Part shown: piece after piece, positions 47,989 through 57,386 of the stretch
Layout of the letters: every line of letters begins with the position of its first letter
How positions within the stretch are numbered: the first letter of the stretch is position 1
Source: Akkermansia muciniphila
GTDB taxonomy: Bacteria > Verrucomicrobiota > Verrucomicrobiia > Limisphaerales > UBA9464
Length of the DNA stretch: 64,000 nt
Assembly: GCA_945883815.1 (NCBI GenBank)
Contig: CAMCYJ010000002.1
Coordinates: forward strand, 11,684-75,683
Direction: 5' to 3'
Notes under the pieces: generated by a model
Database searches by the model: none
Seen by the model: only the letters and a program-made list of their open reading frames with translations
What the model was told of the DNA's origin: nothing
Position numbers and translations under genes: made by a program

Positions 47989-49395
47989 TCAGCGGGTGAG
48001 CTGTTTCTCCAGATAACCGACATCCTGACGGACCTTGGCTTCCACTTCCATCCGATCCCGCACCTGACGGCAGGCATGCAAGACTGTGCCGTGGTCGCGG
48101 CCGCCGAAGGATTCACCGATAGCACTGAGCGAGTGCTCGGTGAGTTGACGGGTCAGGTACATGGCGATTTGCCGCGGGAAAGCGATATTCTCGGGCCGCC
48201 GCTTGCTCGTCATGTCAGCCAGACGGATATCGAAGTAATCGGCCACCCGCTTCTGAATCTCGCTCACGGAAATGGCAACCTTGCCTTCTTCTTGAAGGAT
48301 TTCGCGCAGCAACGTCTCGACAGTCTCGAGGTCGAGGGTCTTGCCGGAAAGCTGGGCATAGGCGGCCACTCGGACCAGAGCACCCTCCAAGCGTCGGACG
48401 TTGGTCCGGATACGGTTGGCCAGGAACATGATGATCTGATCGGGCAACCGGACACTGAGAGCGGCCGCCTTCTTGTTGAGAATCGCCAACCGAGTCTCGA
48501 CATCCGGTGCCTTGAGGTCGGCGGTCATTCCCCACTCGAAGCGGGAAATCAACCGCTGCTCCAAGCCCTGAATCTCGTTGGCCGGCCGGTCGCAGGTCAG
48601 GACGATTTGCTTATGGGCGTCGTGGAGGGCGTTGAAGGTATGGAAAAACTCCTCCTGGATGCGTTCCTTGCCCTGCAGGAACTGGATATCGTCGATCAAC
48701 AGAACATCCAACTCCCGGTGCTTCTTGCGGAACTTGGGCAACTGGCTGTTCTGCAGAGCCTCAATGAACTCATTGGTGAAGCGCTCGCACGACAAGTATC
48801 CGATCCGGGCATTCTTCTTGTTGGCCAAGACGTGATGACCGATCGCCTGAAGCAGGTGCGTCTTGCCCAATCCCACACCGCCAAAGAGAAACAACGGATT
48901 GTAGGTGTGCCCCGGCTTTTGAGCCACGCCCATGCAGGCTGCATGCGCGTGATGGTTGTTGGAACCCACCACGAAGGTTTCAAAGGTATTATTCGGATTA
49001 AACAGGGGCTCCGACTTCCGAGGGATCTCCCGCACCGCAGGTTCAGACACCCGGACCTCCGTTGAGGCAACCCGCTCCATCAAAGTCTCGGCAGACATGG
49101 GACGCTCGGAGGCCGAATCGGCCGGGACCGCAACTGCGGCCTCGGCGGGGCGGATAGCGAAAACAACTTGGATAGGCCGAATGGCTGTGCGACTGACAAC
49201 AGATCGAAGAACATCCAAATAATTGTCCTTCAACCAAAACTCACAGAACTCGTCAGCAACTTCCAGAGTCAGAGTATCTCCGTCCAGACAGCGGGCAGTG
49301 ACCGGGGCAAACCATAGATTGTACAACTCCGTTTTCAGCATTCCACGGAGGGTTTGCTGGGCGGCCAGCCACAGTGCTTGAGGTTGATCGGACAT
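47989..49395 (-). CDS. dnaA: chromosomal replication initiator protein DnaA
   Basis: AAA+ core: Walker A NPLFLFGGVGLGKTHLL, Walker B LLIDDIQFL, sensor/box VII. The C-terminal domain IV DNA-binding region is SKRRPENIAFPRQIAMYLTRQLTEHSLSAIGESFGGRDHGTVLHACRQV. Start taken at the ATG at 49395 (TTG at 49407 is possible). Confidence 0.95.
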   Translation of the reverse strand: MSDQPQALWLAAQQTLRGMLKTELYNLWFAPVTARCLDGDTLTLEVADEFCEFWLKDNYLDVLRSVVSRTAIRPIQVVFAIRPAEAAVAVPADSASERPMSAETLMERVASTEVRVSEPAVREIPRKSEPLFNPNNTFETFVVGSNNHHAHAACMGVAQKPGHTYNPLFLFGGVGLGKTHLLQAIGHHVLANKKNARIGYLSCERFTNEFIEALQNSQLPKFRKKHRELDVLLIDDIQFLQGKERIQEEFFHTFNALHDAHKQIVLTCDRPANEIQGLEQRLISRFEWGMTADLKAPDVETRLAILNKKAAALSVRLPDQIIMFLANRIRTNVRRLEGALVRVAAYAQLSGKTLDLETVETLLREILQEEGKVAISVSEIQKRVADYFDIRLADMTSKRRPENIAFPRQIAMYLTRQLTEHSLSAIGESFGGRDHGTVLHACRQVRDRMEVEAKVRQDVGYLEKQLTR

Positions 49396-49734
49396 GGGAT
49401 AATTCAAAGGGACCTAAAAACGGGCAATTTACGGATTTATTCACTACCACCATTTACAGGCAAATCGAGTCTTCCTGATTTAGTGACAGTTTCATGAAGT
49501 CCCGCGAACAACCCATGACCATCAAACCCGCACCAGCACCCGCTGAAATCGCATCAAAAAGCCGAAAACCTTGGGATTTCAACACATTTGTAGGCATCTG
49601 GTGGAACATGATTCAGTGCAGTTTCTTCTCGGACCCATCGTGATTTCTTCCACGACGGGGGAGGCTTCTATGGCAAAGCTCCGAGCACCGCGAGAACAAG
49701 TTTTTGGGTGTTGTTCCCAAGTTGTTAACAACTG
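49396..49734. promoter_or_regulatory. dnaA upstream region, AT-richer than its surroundings; candidate dnaA promoter and possibly oriC-associated
   Basis: The stretch 49396-49500 is visibly AT-rich against a ~60% GC background. The only DnaA-box-like 9-mer I find is TTATTCACT (about 49436-49444, 7/9 to TTATCCACA). A perfect 14-bp palindrome AGTTGTTAACAACT lies at 49720-49733. Confidence 0.3.
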
Positions 49735-49783
49735 CCAAAAACACCCAAAATCCGGCGGATTTGAAAAGCAAAACCGCCGGATT
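49735..49783 (-). terminator. rho-independent terminator after the histone-H1-like gene
   Basis: On the minus strand: AATCCGGCGG-[15-nt loop]-CCGCCGGATT followed by TTGGGTGTTTTTGG, 12 nt after the stop at 49795. Confidence 0.6.
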
Positions 49784-49794
49784 GGGCGACTCAT

Positions 49795-50142
49795 TTACTT
49801 CTTGGCAGGAGCTGCCTTCTTGGCCGGGGCAGCAGGCTTGGCAGGAGCGGCCTTCTTGGCCGGAGCCGCAGGCTTGGCAGGAGCAGCCTTCTTGGCCGGA
49901 GCCGCAGGCTTGGCGGGAGCGGCCTTTTTGGCCGGGGCAGCAACCTTGGCAGGAGCAGCCTTCTTGGCCGGAGCAGCCTTCTTGGCCGGAGCCGCGGGCT
50001 TGGCAGGAGCAGCCTTCTTGACGGGCGCCTTTGCGGCGGCCAGGGCGCAGGTCCGGGCAAGCCGGGTTTCGCAGTTGGATTCGGTTGGTTTCACTCTGAG
50101 TTTGTTGTTGTTGTGTTTGTCGGTCCGACTCACTGGAACCAT
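49795..50142 (-). CDS. histone H1-like Lys/Ala/Pro repeat protein (putative nucleoid-associated DNA-binding protein)
   Basis: 115-aa ORF whose C-terminal ~80 aa are KKAAPAKPAAPA-type repeats (...KAPVKKAAPAKPAAPAKKAAPAKKAAPAKVAAPAKKAAPAKP...AKK*). It has its own terminator. The other five frames give implausible text (FLAGAAGLAG..., QEGCSCQA...). The start codon is uncertain (ATG 50142, or an internal GTG giving MKPTESN...). Confidence 0.6.
   Translation of the reverse strand: MVPVSRTDKHNNNKLRVKPTESNCETRLARTCALAAAKAPVKKAAPAKPAAPAKKAAPAKKAAPAKVAAPAKKAAPAKPAAPAKKAAPAKPAAPAKKAAPAKPAAPAKKAAPAKK
49798..50037 (-). repeat. ~36-bp tandem repeat (about 6.5 units) encoding the KKAAPAKPAAPA array
   Basis: Plus-strand units are CTTCTTGGCCGGRGCMGCAGGCTTGGCRGGAGCRGC, repeated head-to-tail with a few substitutions. 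Confidence 0.9.
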
Positions 50143-50464
50143 TGACTCCCCAACTAAGGGGACTCACCGGCCCGATGCATCAGAAATTCGAAAATAGCCT
50201 GCAGATGACGGGAAACTCGATCGAAAACCTTCAGCAAAGCCCTCGATGGCTGAAGCCGGCCAGGGCGCCTTCTGGATCGACCAGTGACGTCTGCCGAATG
50301 AGGGGACGGTGCCGGAATCGCTAAAGCCTGACATGGATTCATGAGGTCTCCGACCGGGGAACTCTCTTTGAGATAATGCCCCGACCCGGCTCTTGACAAC
50401 CCGATTTCACCGGTTTGCACGAAATCTTTCCGAAATCATCGCCGGATGACATGCTTCAAAACCA

Positions 50465-51637
50465 GTGCGAGAGCGTTGGCAAAAATTTACGGAGACCGCC
50501 GAAACCTACCTTTTGGCGGTGATCCTCGAGAACCTACCCGGGCGCAAGGCCTCGATGATCCGGGCCGTGCTCGCGGGGCTTTCCCATGTCTTCGCGGGCA
50601 TCGTGAAGCTGCGACGTCTGCTCTACAGCATTCGTATCCTGCGCGATTCAACCCTGGGCGTTCAGGTCATCGCAGTCGGAAATCTCACAGTGGGCGGCAC
50701 CGGAAAGACTCCGGTCGTCGAGAAATTTGCCCGTGCGCTCCAGGATGCCGGTCGCAAGGTGGCCATCCTATCCCGCGGATACCGATCCAAGCCCAAGCCC
50801 GTGTCGGAGCGCCTGCTCGACAAAATCCTGCTCCGAGAAGACACAACACCACCCCGCATCGTTTCCGACGGCCAGTCGCTACTCCTCGACTCCGAGACGG
50901 CCGGCGATGAGCCCTACATGCTGGCTTCGAATCTGCGGGATGTGGTGGTGCTGGTCGACAAGGACCGAGTCAAAGCCGGTCGCTATGCCGTGGAACACTT
51001 CGGCTGCGACACCCTTCTGCTCGACGACGGCTTCCAATACTGGAAACTCGCCGGCCGCCGCACCGACGTGGTCTTGATCGACTGCCAGCAACCCTTCGGC
51101 AATGAGCACCTGCTGCCGCGCGGAACCCTGCGGGAACCCCCCTCCCACCTGGCCCGGGCCAGCGTCATCTTCCTGACCAAGAGTGACGGCAAGACGGCCG
51201 CACTGCGCGATCGCATCGCCCTACTCAACCCTCGCGCCGGGATCATCGAGTGCGTGCATCACCCGCTGTATTTCGAGGATGTCTTCACCGGCGAACGCCG
51301 CGGCCTCGAACTGTTGCAAGGTCGCCGGGTGGCCAGTCTTAGCGGAATCGCCCAACCGGAGAGCTTCGAGTCGAAACTCTCGGAACTCGGAGCCGAGATC
51401 GTCTTGGCCCGCCGCTACGCCGACCACCACCGATTCACCCAGCAGGAGGTCCTGGACGCCGTGAACCGTGGCAAGAAGCGCCGGGCGGACATGCTGGTCA
51501 CCACTCAGAAAGATGCGGTCCGCTTTCCCAAGCTCGACCGCCGGGACCTGCCCATCTACTTCATGCGAGTGGAAATCAAGATCATCGCCGGGGCCCAGGG
51601 TTTCGATGATGCCGTTAGCAGGATTTGTTTCCGGTAA
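50465..51637 (+). CDS. lpxK: tetraacyldisaccharide 4'-kinase
   Basis: [39 protein letters not shown] (P-loop), [16 protein letters not shown]. Start is uncertain (GTG 50465 vs ATG 50555). Confidence 0.9.
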   Translation: MRERWQKFTETAETYLLAVILENLPGRKASMIRAVLAGLSHVFAGIVKLRRLLYSIRILRDSTLGVQVIAVGNLTVGGTGKTPVVEKFARALQDAGRKVAILSRGYRSKPKPVSERLLDKILLREDTTPPRIVSDGQSLLLDSETAGDEPYMLASNLRDVVVLVDKDRVKAGRYAVEHFGCDTLLLDDGFQYWKLAGRRTDVVLIDCQQPFGNEHLLPRGTLREPPSHLARASVIFLTKSDGKTAALRDRIALLNPRAGIIECVHHPLYFEDVFTGERRGLELLQGRRVASLSGIAQPESFESKLSELGAEIVLARRYADHHRFTQQEVLDAVNRGKKRRADMLVTTQKDAVRFPKLDRRDLPIYFMRVEIKIIAGAQGFDDAVSRICFR

Positions 51638-51850
51638 CACTGCCATGGTCACTCTCGCCACCCCCCCGGACCATCGGACCGCCACGCCGGAACGGTTTCA
51701 GTAGAATCAGTCGTCCTGACTGCGCCTTCTTCTGCAAGATCGTCGTTGTTTGCTCGTTACGGGTCTCATCATGGCCCGCTCCGCGCTCTTGCCGCGTCAT
51801 GCGAAAGAATCCGGCACGCCATCGCGTTCCTCCCAACTGAATCGTTCGGC

Positions 51851-53005
51851 TTAGCGGCAGAAGACGCTCGAAATCTGAATCGGCACCGGAGCGGGTGAGA
51901 ACCCGAATTCCAACCGGCCGCGCGGGACCTCCACCGAGACCTCGTCCGCGTCATTGGCCAAAACCTTCAGTACCCCGCCGGAGCGGCGAACCCGGAGACG
52001 ATTCCATCCGTCGCCTCGAAGCGCCGTGAGCTCTGGGATGCGAATGATCGCCCCACCGCGGATCGGTCGGAAGACCAGCGGAGGCACCCGGTCGGCAGTC
52101 TTCCCCTCCCAGCGCCAGTCGAAGATTACTTCATCGCGATTGAACTGGGTCTCCGACCAGAGGATCGACGCCTCACCTCCAAGCCCGGCTCGGCTCCTCA
52201 GGGTCCAGTCGCCGGCCTTCCACACCGCGGACCCGGCAGGTACCCGCCACCCACGCAAGGACCGCCCGTCATAGAGGCTCTTCCACGGTTGGGCATCGGG
52301 TGCCGACTGCCCAGGCGGAACCTTGGTGGAGGGCAACTCCCGCAGACGCAAGTTGCGCCAGTCCACGATGCCTCCTTCCGACTCCAGGGCGATGTACCCA
52401 CGCCGCCAATTGCAACCGGTACCACCGGAGACCTCGACGCCGTTGACGGAGAGTCGGATGACCCCATTGGTGGCGACGATCCGATAGTGGTTCCACTCCG
52501 GAGCACCCAGGCTCCGGGATTCTTTTGGAAAACTGCGATCACCGCGGCTGGGGGAAAACGGCGTCATGGTCGATCCGTGGATCGGGAAGATATCACCATG
52601 AGTAGTGAACCAGTCCGATTTGCCATACCCGTGGTCGAGGACCTGAACCTCAATGGCTCTCAGGAACGGTTGACCCAGCGCCGGCATCGGACCCGACCAG
52701 ATGAAGACCCCCGCATTGCCGCCCGGCTTGAGGTGCCGCCACTCCAACTCCAGGATGAAATTCTCATACTGGCGCTCGGTGCGCAGAGCTCCGGTGGGAA
52801 TGCCATCACAGTGGATCATGCCTTCCCGGACGGTGAACGTTTCCGGGGCGCAGTTGACATTGACCCATCCGCGCAGATCCCGGCCATTGAAGATCGGTCT
52901 GGATCCAGGCTCCGCTCCTGCAACCGGTAGCACCATCAGGAGGAGCGATGCCAGAAATGGCGTGGCGGTGGGCCACAGGGGACGGAAAACAGGGAACATC
53001 TCCAA
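51851..53005 (-). CDS. tandem DUF1080 (3-keto-disaccharide hydrolase, concanavalin-like) domain protein
   Basis: Signal peptide, then two DUF1080-type modules: IFNGRDLRGWVNVN...FTVREGMIHC...YENFILELEWR...GNAGVFIW and LYDGRSLRGWRVPAGS...W...FDWRWEG. Confidence 0.8.
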   Translation of the reverse strand: MEMFPVFRPLWPTATPFLASLLLMVLPVAGAEPGSRPIFNGRDLRGWVNVNCAPETFTVREGMIHCDGIPTGALRTERQYENFILELEWRHLKPGGNAGVFIWSGPMPALGQPFLRAIEVQVLDHGYGKSDWFTTHGDIFPIHGSTMTPFSPSRGDRSFPKESRSLGAPEWNHYRIVATNGVIRLSVNGVEVSGGTGCNWRRGYIALESEGGIVDWRNLRLRELPSTKVPPGQSAPDAQPWKSLYDGRSLRGWRVPAGSAVWKAGDWTLRSRAGLGGEASILWSETQFNRDEVIFDWRWEGKTADRVPPLVFRPIRGGAIIRIPELTALRGDGWNRLRVRRSGGVLKVLANDADEVSVEVPRGRLEFGFSPAPVPIQISSVFCR

Positions 53006-53082
53006 ACGCTGCCGGCCCGGGCATCAGTTGGAAAGTCTGGAAGCAATCGCTCAAGGATCCGCACCCAAACATCCACCGACGC

Positions 53083-53598
53083 TCAACGGCCGTTCCACTG
53101 CTGGTTCTTGACCTTCAATCGTTCCGGTGAGGGCTTGCCCTCAGGCAGCAAGGTCATGTTGGTCTCAGAGCCCCACGCCACCTCCCTGAAGTCGACGAAC
53201 AATGTCCGCGGCACCATCTCCACCACGTGACCAAAAGCTCCCAGCGCCACCGTTCCGGGCAATTGCGTCGTATCCACGAAGTACACCGGACCAAACGGAG
53301 TCGAATTGGTGTCCGGACGACTGTAGATGTAGGTGATCGGACCATTGGTCACCCGTGGCGCATTCTCGCCCGGAAACCGGATCGACACCGGCCCACCGGT
53401 CAACAGCCGCGGGTGATCGATCCGGAGGACCGGGGTTCCGTCCGGCTGCTTATCGAAGGTCAGGTGCCAGGCCCCGTTGCGCACCCGGTAGGCCTCGCAA
53501 CCTCCGTAGATCGTCACATAGAGGAACAACGTGGCGATGAAGATGCCGAAGAACTTCTTCAGAGTACGCTCGGCATCCGGTGAAAAATCGTTGCTCAC
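53083..53598 (-). CDS. hypothetical membrane-anchored protein (172 aa)
   Basis: The C-terminal 172 codons of track ORF 53083..53997 are non-overlapping and protein-like, with one TM helix (KKFFGIFIATLFLYVTIYGG). An in-frame GTG at 53598 lies 34 nt after the gnd stop. The upstream part of that ORF overlaps gnd out of frame and is R/S/T/P low-complexity. No family recognised. Confidence 0.45.
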   Translation of the reverse strand: MSNDFSPDAERTLKKFFGIFIATLFLYVTIYGGCEAYRVRNGAWHLTFDKQPDGTPVLRIDHPRLLTGGPVSIRFPGENAPRVTNGPITYIYSRPDTNSTPFGPVYFVDTTQLPGTVALGAFGHVVEMVPRTLFVDFREVAWGSETNMTLLPEGKPSPERLKVKNQQWNGR

Positions 53599-53632
53599 AA
53601 GGTTCGAAAGATGACCCGCTACCTGAAGCAGC

Positions 53633-55105
53633 TCAGGCGTTGTAGGTGCTGGAGCTGACGTTGCCCCCGCGCCCGGTCCAATTGGTGTGGAAGAATTGCC
53701 CACGAGGCTTGTCCACGCGCTCGTAAGTGTGGGCCCCGAAGTAGTCCCGCTGCGCCTGGAGCAGGTTGGCCGGAAGGGTGGCCGAACGGTACTGGTCGAA
53801 GAAGGCCAGCGCCGTGCTGAAGGCCGGCACCGGGATGCCCTTCTTGGCCGCCGAGGCCACCACGTTGCGCCAACCCTTCTGACTCTTCTTGATCTCAGCC
53901 CGGAAATAATCGTCGAGCAGCAGGTTGGCCAGCTTCGGATTCTTGTCGTAGGCCTCCTTGATCTTGCCCAAGAAACGGGACCGGATGATGCAACCACCCC
54001 GCCACATCAAGGCGATGCCGCCGTAGTTGAGCTTCCATCCGTATTCCGCGGCCGCCGCACGCATCAGCATGTAACCCTGAGCGTAGCTGACGATCTTGGA
54101 GGCATAGAGGGCGCTCTTGATGTCTTCGATGAAAGCCTGCCGCGCCTTGGGATTCTTGGCGGCGCTCAGCAACGGCTTCGGTCCCTTGAGCTTGCGGGAT
54201 GCCTTCACTCGCTCGTCCTTCATGGCGCTGACACAGCGGCTGAAAACGGCTTCGGCGATCAACGTGACGGGCTGGGCCAAATTGGCCGAATCGATGACCG
54301 TCCACTTGCCAGTGCCCTTCTGACCGGCGGTATCGAGAATCTTTTCCACCAACGGCCCACCATCGACGTCCTTGAAGGCCAGGATGTCGCGGGTGATTTC
54401 CACGAGAAAGCTGTCCAACTCTCCCTGGTTCCAGTCGGCGAAGACGAGGTGCATCTCGTCGGCGGTGAGGCCCAGGCCGTTCTTGAGGATATTGTAGGCC
54501 TCGCAGATCAACTGCATGTCACCGTACTCGATGCCATTGTGGACCATCTTCACGTAGTGGCCCGACCCACCATCTCCGACCCAATCACAACAGGGCGCGC
54601 CTCCATCCACCTTCGCGGACACGCTCTGAAAGATGTCCTTGACGGCTGGCCAAGCCTTGGCCGATCCCCCGGGCATGATGCTGGGCCCACGTCGGGCGCC
54701 CTCTTCACCACCCGAAACACCGGTTCCGATGAAGAGCAACCCCTTGGACTCGCAGTACTTCACCCGTCGCTCCGTGTCGCCATAGAGCGAGTTGCCGCCA
54801 TCAATGATGATGTCCCCGGCAGACAAGTGCGGCATCAGTTGCTCAATGAAGTCGTCCACAGCTTGTCCGGCCTTAACCAGCATCATGATCCGGCGCGGCG
54901 TCTTGAGCTTGGACACCAATTCGGCAATCGAATGGGCTCCCTGGACCTGGGTCCCCTTGGCCTCACTGGCCAGGAATTCATCCACCTTGGAGGTCGTCCG
55001 GTTGTAAGCCACGACGGTGAAGCCGTGGTCGTTCATATTGAGGATCAGGTTCTGGCCCATGACCGCCAGGCCGATCAGTGCGATGTCTCCAGTGGGGTTG
55101 CTCAT
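53633..55105 (-). CDS. gnd: 6-phosphogluconate dehydrogenase, NADP-dependent, decarboxylating
   Basis: MSNPTGDIALIGLAVMGQNLILNMNDHGFTVVAYNRT (NAD(P) fold), IIDGGNS, GTGVSGGEEGAR, HNGIEYGDMQLI, AQRDYFGAHTYER. Start at the ATG at 55105; the track start at 55249 is an upstream read-through. Confidence 0.93.
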   Translation of the reverse strand: MSNPTGDIALIGLAVMGQNLILNMNDHGFTVVAYNRTTSKVDEFLASEAKGTQVQGAHSIAELVSKLKTPRRIMMLVKAGQAVDDFIEQLMPHLSAGDIIIDGGNSLYGDTERRVKYCESKGLLFIGTGVSGGEEGARRGPSIMPGGSAKAWPAVKDIFQSVSAKVDGGAPCCDWVGDGGSGHYVKMVHNGIEYGDMQLICEAYNILKNGLGLTADEMHLVFADWNQGELDSFLVEITRDILAFKDVDGGPLVEKILDTAGQKGTGKWTVIDSANLAQPVTLIAEAVFSRCVSAMKDERVKASRKLKGPKPLLSAAKNPKARQAFIEDIKSALYASKIVSYAQGYMLMRAAAAEYGWKLNYGGIALMWRGGCIIRSRFLGKIKEAYDKNPKLANLLLDDYFRAEIKKSQKGWRNVVASAAKKGIPVPAFSTALAFFDQYRSATLPANLLQAQRDYFGAHTYERVDKPRGQFFHTNWTGRGGNVSSSTYNA

Positions 55106-55277
55106 GCGTGCAGATTCTTTGAGGCAGCCACCGTATCGGTCGGCTCGAACAGCAGGCGAGAGAATTTCAAGATCGGAGGCAACCTTCGCCCTGCTGCTTG
55201 CGCCCTGATCGAAGCTTGCTACCGTCCTGATCCCGCCGGCGAGCAACACTGCAAGTCCGGTAAATCGAATCTCATTT

Positions 55278-55901
55278 ATGGCCCACGAACTTGCCCCCCT
55301 CCCCTACCCCAAGGACGCGCTCGAACCCCACATCGACGCGCTCACCATGGAGATCCACCACGGACGTCACCACAAGGCCTACGTGGACAACCTCAATAAG
55401 GCGATCGCCGGCACTCCGGTCGAGGCCCTGTCGCTGGAGGCCTTGATCGGCGATCTGGCCGGTGTCCCTGACGCCATCCGAAACCCGGTCCGCAACAACG
55501 GCGGCGGCCACTGGAACCACACCTTTTTCTGGAACCTCATGGGCCCCGGAACGGGCGGCACGCCGTCCGGCGATCTCGCCACCGCCATCGACGCGGCATT
55601 CGGATCCTTCGCGGAATTCCAAGCCAAGTTCGAGGCCGCCGGCATTGGCCGCTTCGGTTCAGGTTGGGCTTGGCTGGTGGTCAATGGCGGCAAGTTGGAG
55701 ATCGCCTCAACGGCCAACCAAGACAATCCGCTCATGGGCAAAGCCATCGCCGGGTGCGAAGGCAAACCCGTTCTGGGTATCGATGTCTGGGAGCACGCCT
55801 ACTACTTGAAGTATCAGAACCTGCGTGCGGCCTATCTCAAGGCCCTATGGAACGTGATCGACTGGAACAAGGTTGGAGCGTTGTACGCCGCCGCGAAGTA
55901 A
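55278..55901 (+). CDS. sodA: superoxide dismutase, Mn-type features
   Basis: [75 protein letters not shown]. Metal ligands His/His/Asp/His are present, and the Gln in NQD is the Mn-type position. Confidence 0.93.
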   Translation: MAHELAPLPYPKDALEPHIDALTMEIHHGRHHKAYVDNLNKAIAGTPVEALSLEALIGDLAGVPDAIRNPVRNNGGGHWNHTFFWNLMGPGTGGTPSGDLATAIDAAFGSFAEFQAKFEAAGIGRFGSGWAWLVVNGGKLEIASTANQDNPLMGKAIAGCEGKPVLGIDVWEHAYYLKYQNLRAAYLKALWNVIDWNKVGALYAAAK

Positions 55902-55920
55902 GTCACTACCCACAACCTCG

Positions 55921-55962
55921 AACGGCGCCGCTCCCCCTGGGGGAGTCGGCGCCGTTTTCTTG
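55921..55962 (+). terminator. rho-independent terminator after sodA
   Basis: AACGGCGCCGCTCCCCC / GGGGGAG(t)CGGCGCCGTT is a long GC stem followed by TTTCTTG, 20 nt after the stop. Confidence 0.65.
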
Positions 55963-56084
55963 AGTTCTGAGCGCGGTAAACAGGCCGTCCAAAGCATCCC
56001 ACGAGGTCACCCAGCCGCGACAGGCCATACCCCCAGGGAAGGTTCCACTCGATATCGCGGCACAAATCCGCGCCAGGTCCCCGC

Positions 56085-57215
56085 TCATTCCAGAGAGCCT
56101 ACCCGGATGGCTGCGGCCAGAGCACTCAAGTGGGGACCGACCGCAAAGCGCTGCTCGTATTCATGGCGAAGCCTTCTGCCATCCACACGCTCGACGACCG
56201 AGTGCAGGGCGCGAGCCAAAGCCGGAACATCCCTCGGAATGCACAGGCCAGGATAGTCTGCTGGGAAGTATTCCGGGATGGAACGCCACCGGGTCGTGAC
56301 GCACGGCAACCCGTAGGCCAATGCCTCGATCAGGTTCAACGGTTGCCCCTCATTGGCGAAATAGGTGGGAAACAGGAACACGTCCGCCTGCCGAAACAAG
56401 AGATCCTTCTCCGAGCCCGAGACAAAACCCTTGATCTCCACGCATCCGGCTGCATCCGAGCGACCGATTCGGTCCCGAAACTCAGCCTCTTCGGACTCCG
56501 AGAGAAAACTCCCGGCAATGTTGAGTCGGAATCGACGCCCCGAGTCACCCATCCGATTGGCCAACACCACCGCCTCGACTGCCCCAAAAAGGCCTTTGTC
56601 GCGCGTGCAATGCGCCATGAACAGAACCTGCGTTTCCAATCGGACCGCTCCGCCAGCACGACGCGCCTCTAGGGTCTCGGCAAAATCCGGGCAAGGATCT
56701 GGGATCCCATTGCTCACCACCGCCACGGATCGCGGACGGAGGATCTCGGCATCGGCCCGGTTGCTTGCAGCCAACACGATGGCTTGCCGCACCCGCCCCA
56801 AACAAAGCCGAGCCAACCACCGTTCCCAAAACCAGGATTCACTTTCGAGCCAGGCCCCCAGCCCGACCGCGTGCCAATGCAAAATCACCCGCTCAAATCG
56901 CCACCGTATCAGAACCATCACCAGAAAATCGCGGTACAATGAGGACCGCTTCGGTGGGGACGGAATGTAATACAGCGTCCGGCATCCATGCTTTCGCGAC
57001 AACACAATCGCCTGCCTGCAGTAGCGCAGAAGGGCTTGAACCTTGCCTCCTCGGACCGATCCCACATCGGCCATGCCAGACGAGAGGCGGGCGTCGACGT
57101 GGAGCACCTCGATCCCTAGATCGGGCTGGGCTCGAAAACCGTCGACCATCAACTTCACCATCTGGCTTTGACCATGGTGAGGCGGCGGCACATGTGCAAA
57201 GACGAGGAGTTTCAT
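56085..57215 (-). CDS. glycosyltransferase family 4 (GT-B fold)
   Basis: MKLLVFAHVPPPHHGQS start (ATG 57215). C-terminal GT4 block: FLFPTYFANEGQPLNLIEALAYGLPCVTT. The longer track ORF (to 57302) would abut the tRNA. Confidence 0.8.
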   Translation of the reverse strand: MKLLVFAHVPPPHHGQSQMVKLMVDGFRAQPDLGIEVLHVDARLSSGMADVGSVRGGKVQALLRYCRQAIVLSRKHGCRTLYYIPSPPKRSSLYRDFLVMVLIRWRFERVILHWHAVGLGAWLESESWFWERWLARLCLGRVRQAIVLAASNRADAEILRPRSVAVVSNGIPDPCPDFAETLEARRAGGAVRLETQVLFMAHCTRDKGLFGAVEAVVLANRMGDSGRRFRLNIAGSFLSESEEAEFRDRIGRSDAAGCVEIKGFVSGSEKDLLFRQADVFLFPTYFANEGQPLNLIEALAYGLPCVTTRWRSIPEYFPADYPGLCIPRDVPALARALHSVVERVDGRRLRHEYEQRFAVGPHLSALAAAIRVGSLE

Positions 57216-57309
57216 GCATGACTCAGCAGCATGGCCCTGTTGGACCAGGACCTTTGAACCGAAAAGCATTGCCTCAAGCGAAATCCAAAGCGACTCTTTC
57301 ATCTCGGTT

Positions 57310-57386
57310 CGGGACGTAGCTCAGCCCGGTAGAGCACTTGGTTTGGGACCAAGACGTCGCAGGTTCAAATCCTGTCGTCCCGACCA
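57310..57386 (+). tRNA. tRNA-Pro (anticodon UGG), CCA encoded
   Basis: CGGGACGTAGCTCAGCCCGGTAGAGCACTTGGTTTGGGACCAAGACGTCGCAGGTTCAAATCCTGTCGTCCCGACCA. It has the acceptor stem CGGGACG/CGTCCCG, anticodon stem CTTGG/CCAAG with loop TTTGGGA, and T-loop GGTTCAAATCC. Confidence 0.92.

Noticed and set aside
49571-50197. 208-aa plus-strand ORF with FLAGAAGLAGAA repeats, and other frames through the 36-bp repeat
   Set aside because: These are alternative readings of the tandem repeat. The minus-strand KKAAPAKP frame has a terminator just after its stop and matches a known class of H1-like proteins. The plus-strand ORF has neither.
53687-55399. 570-aa plus-strand ORF
   Set aside because: It is antisense to gnd and reads through into the sodA upstream region. 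gnd motifs on the minus strand are definitive.
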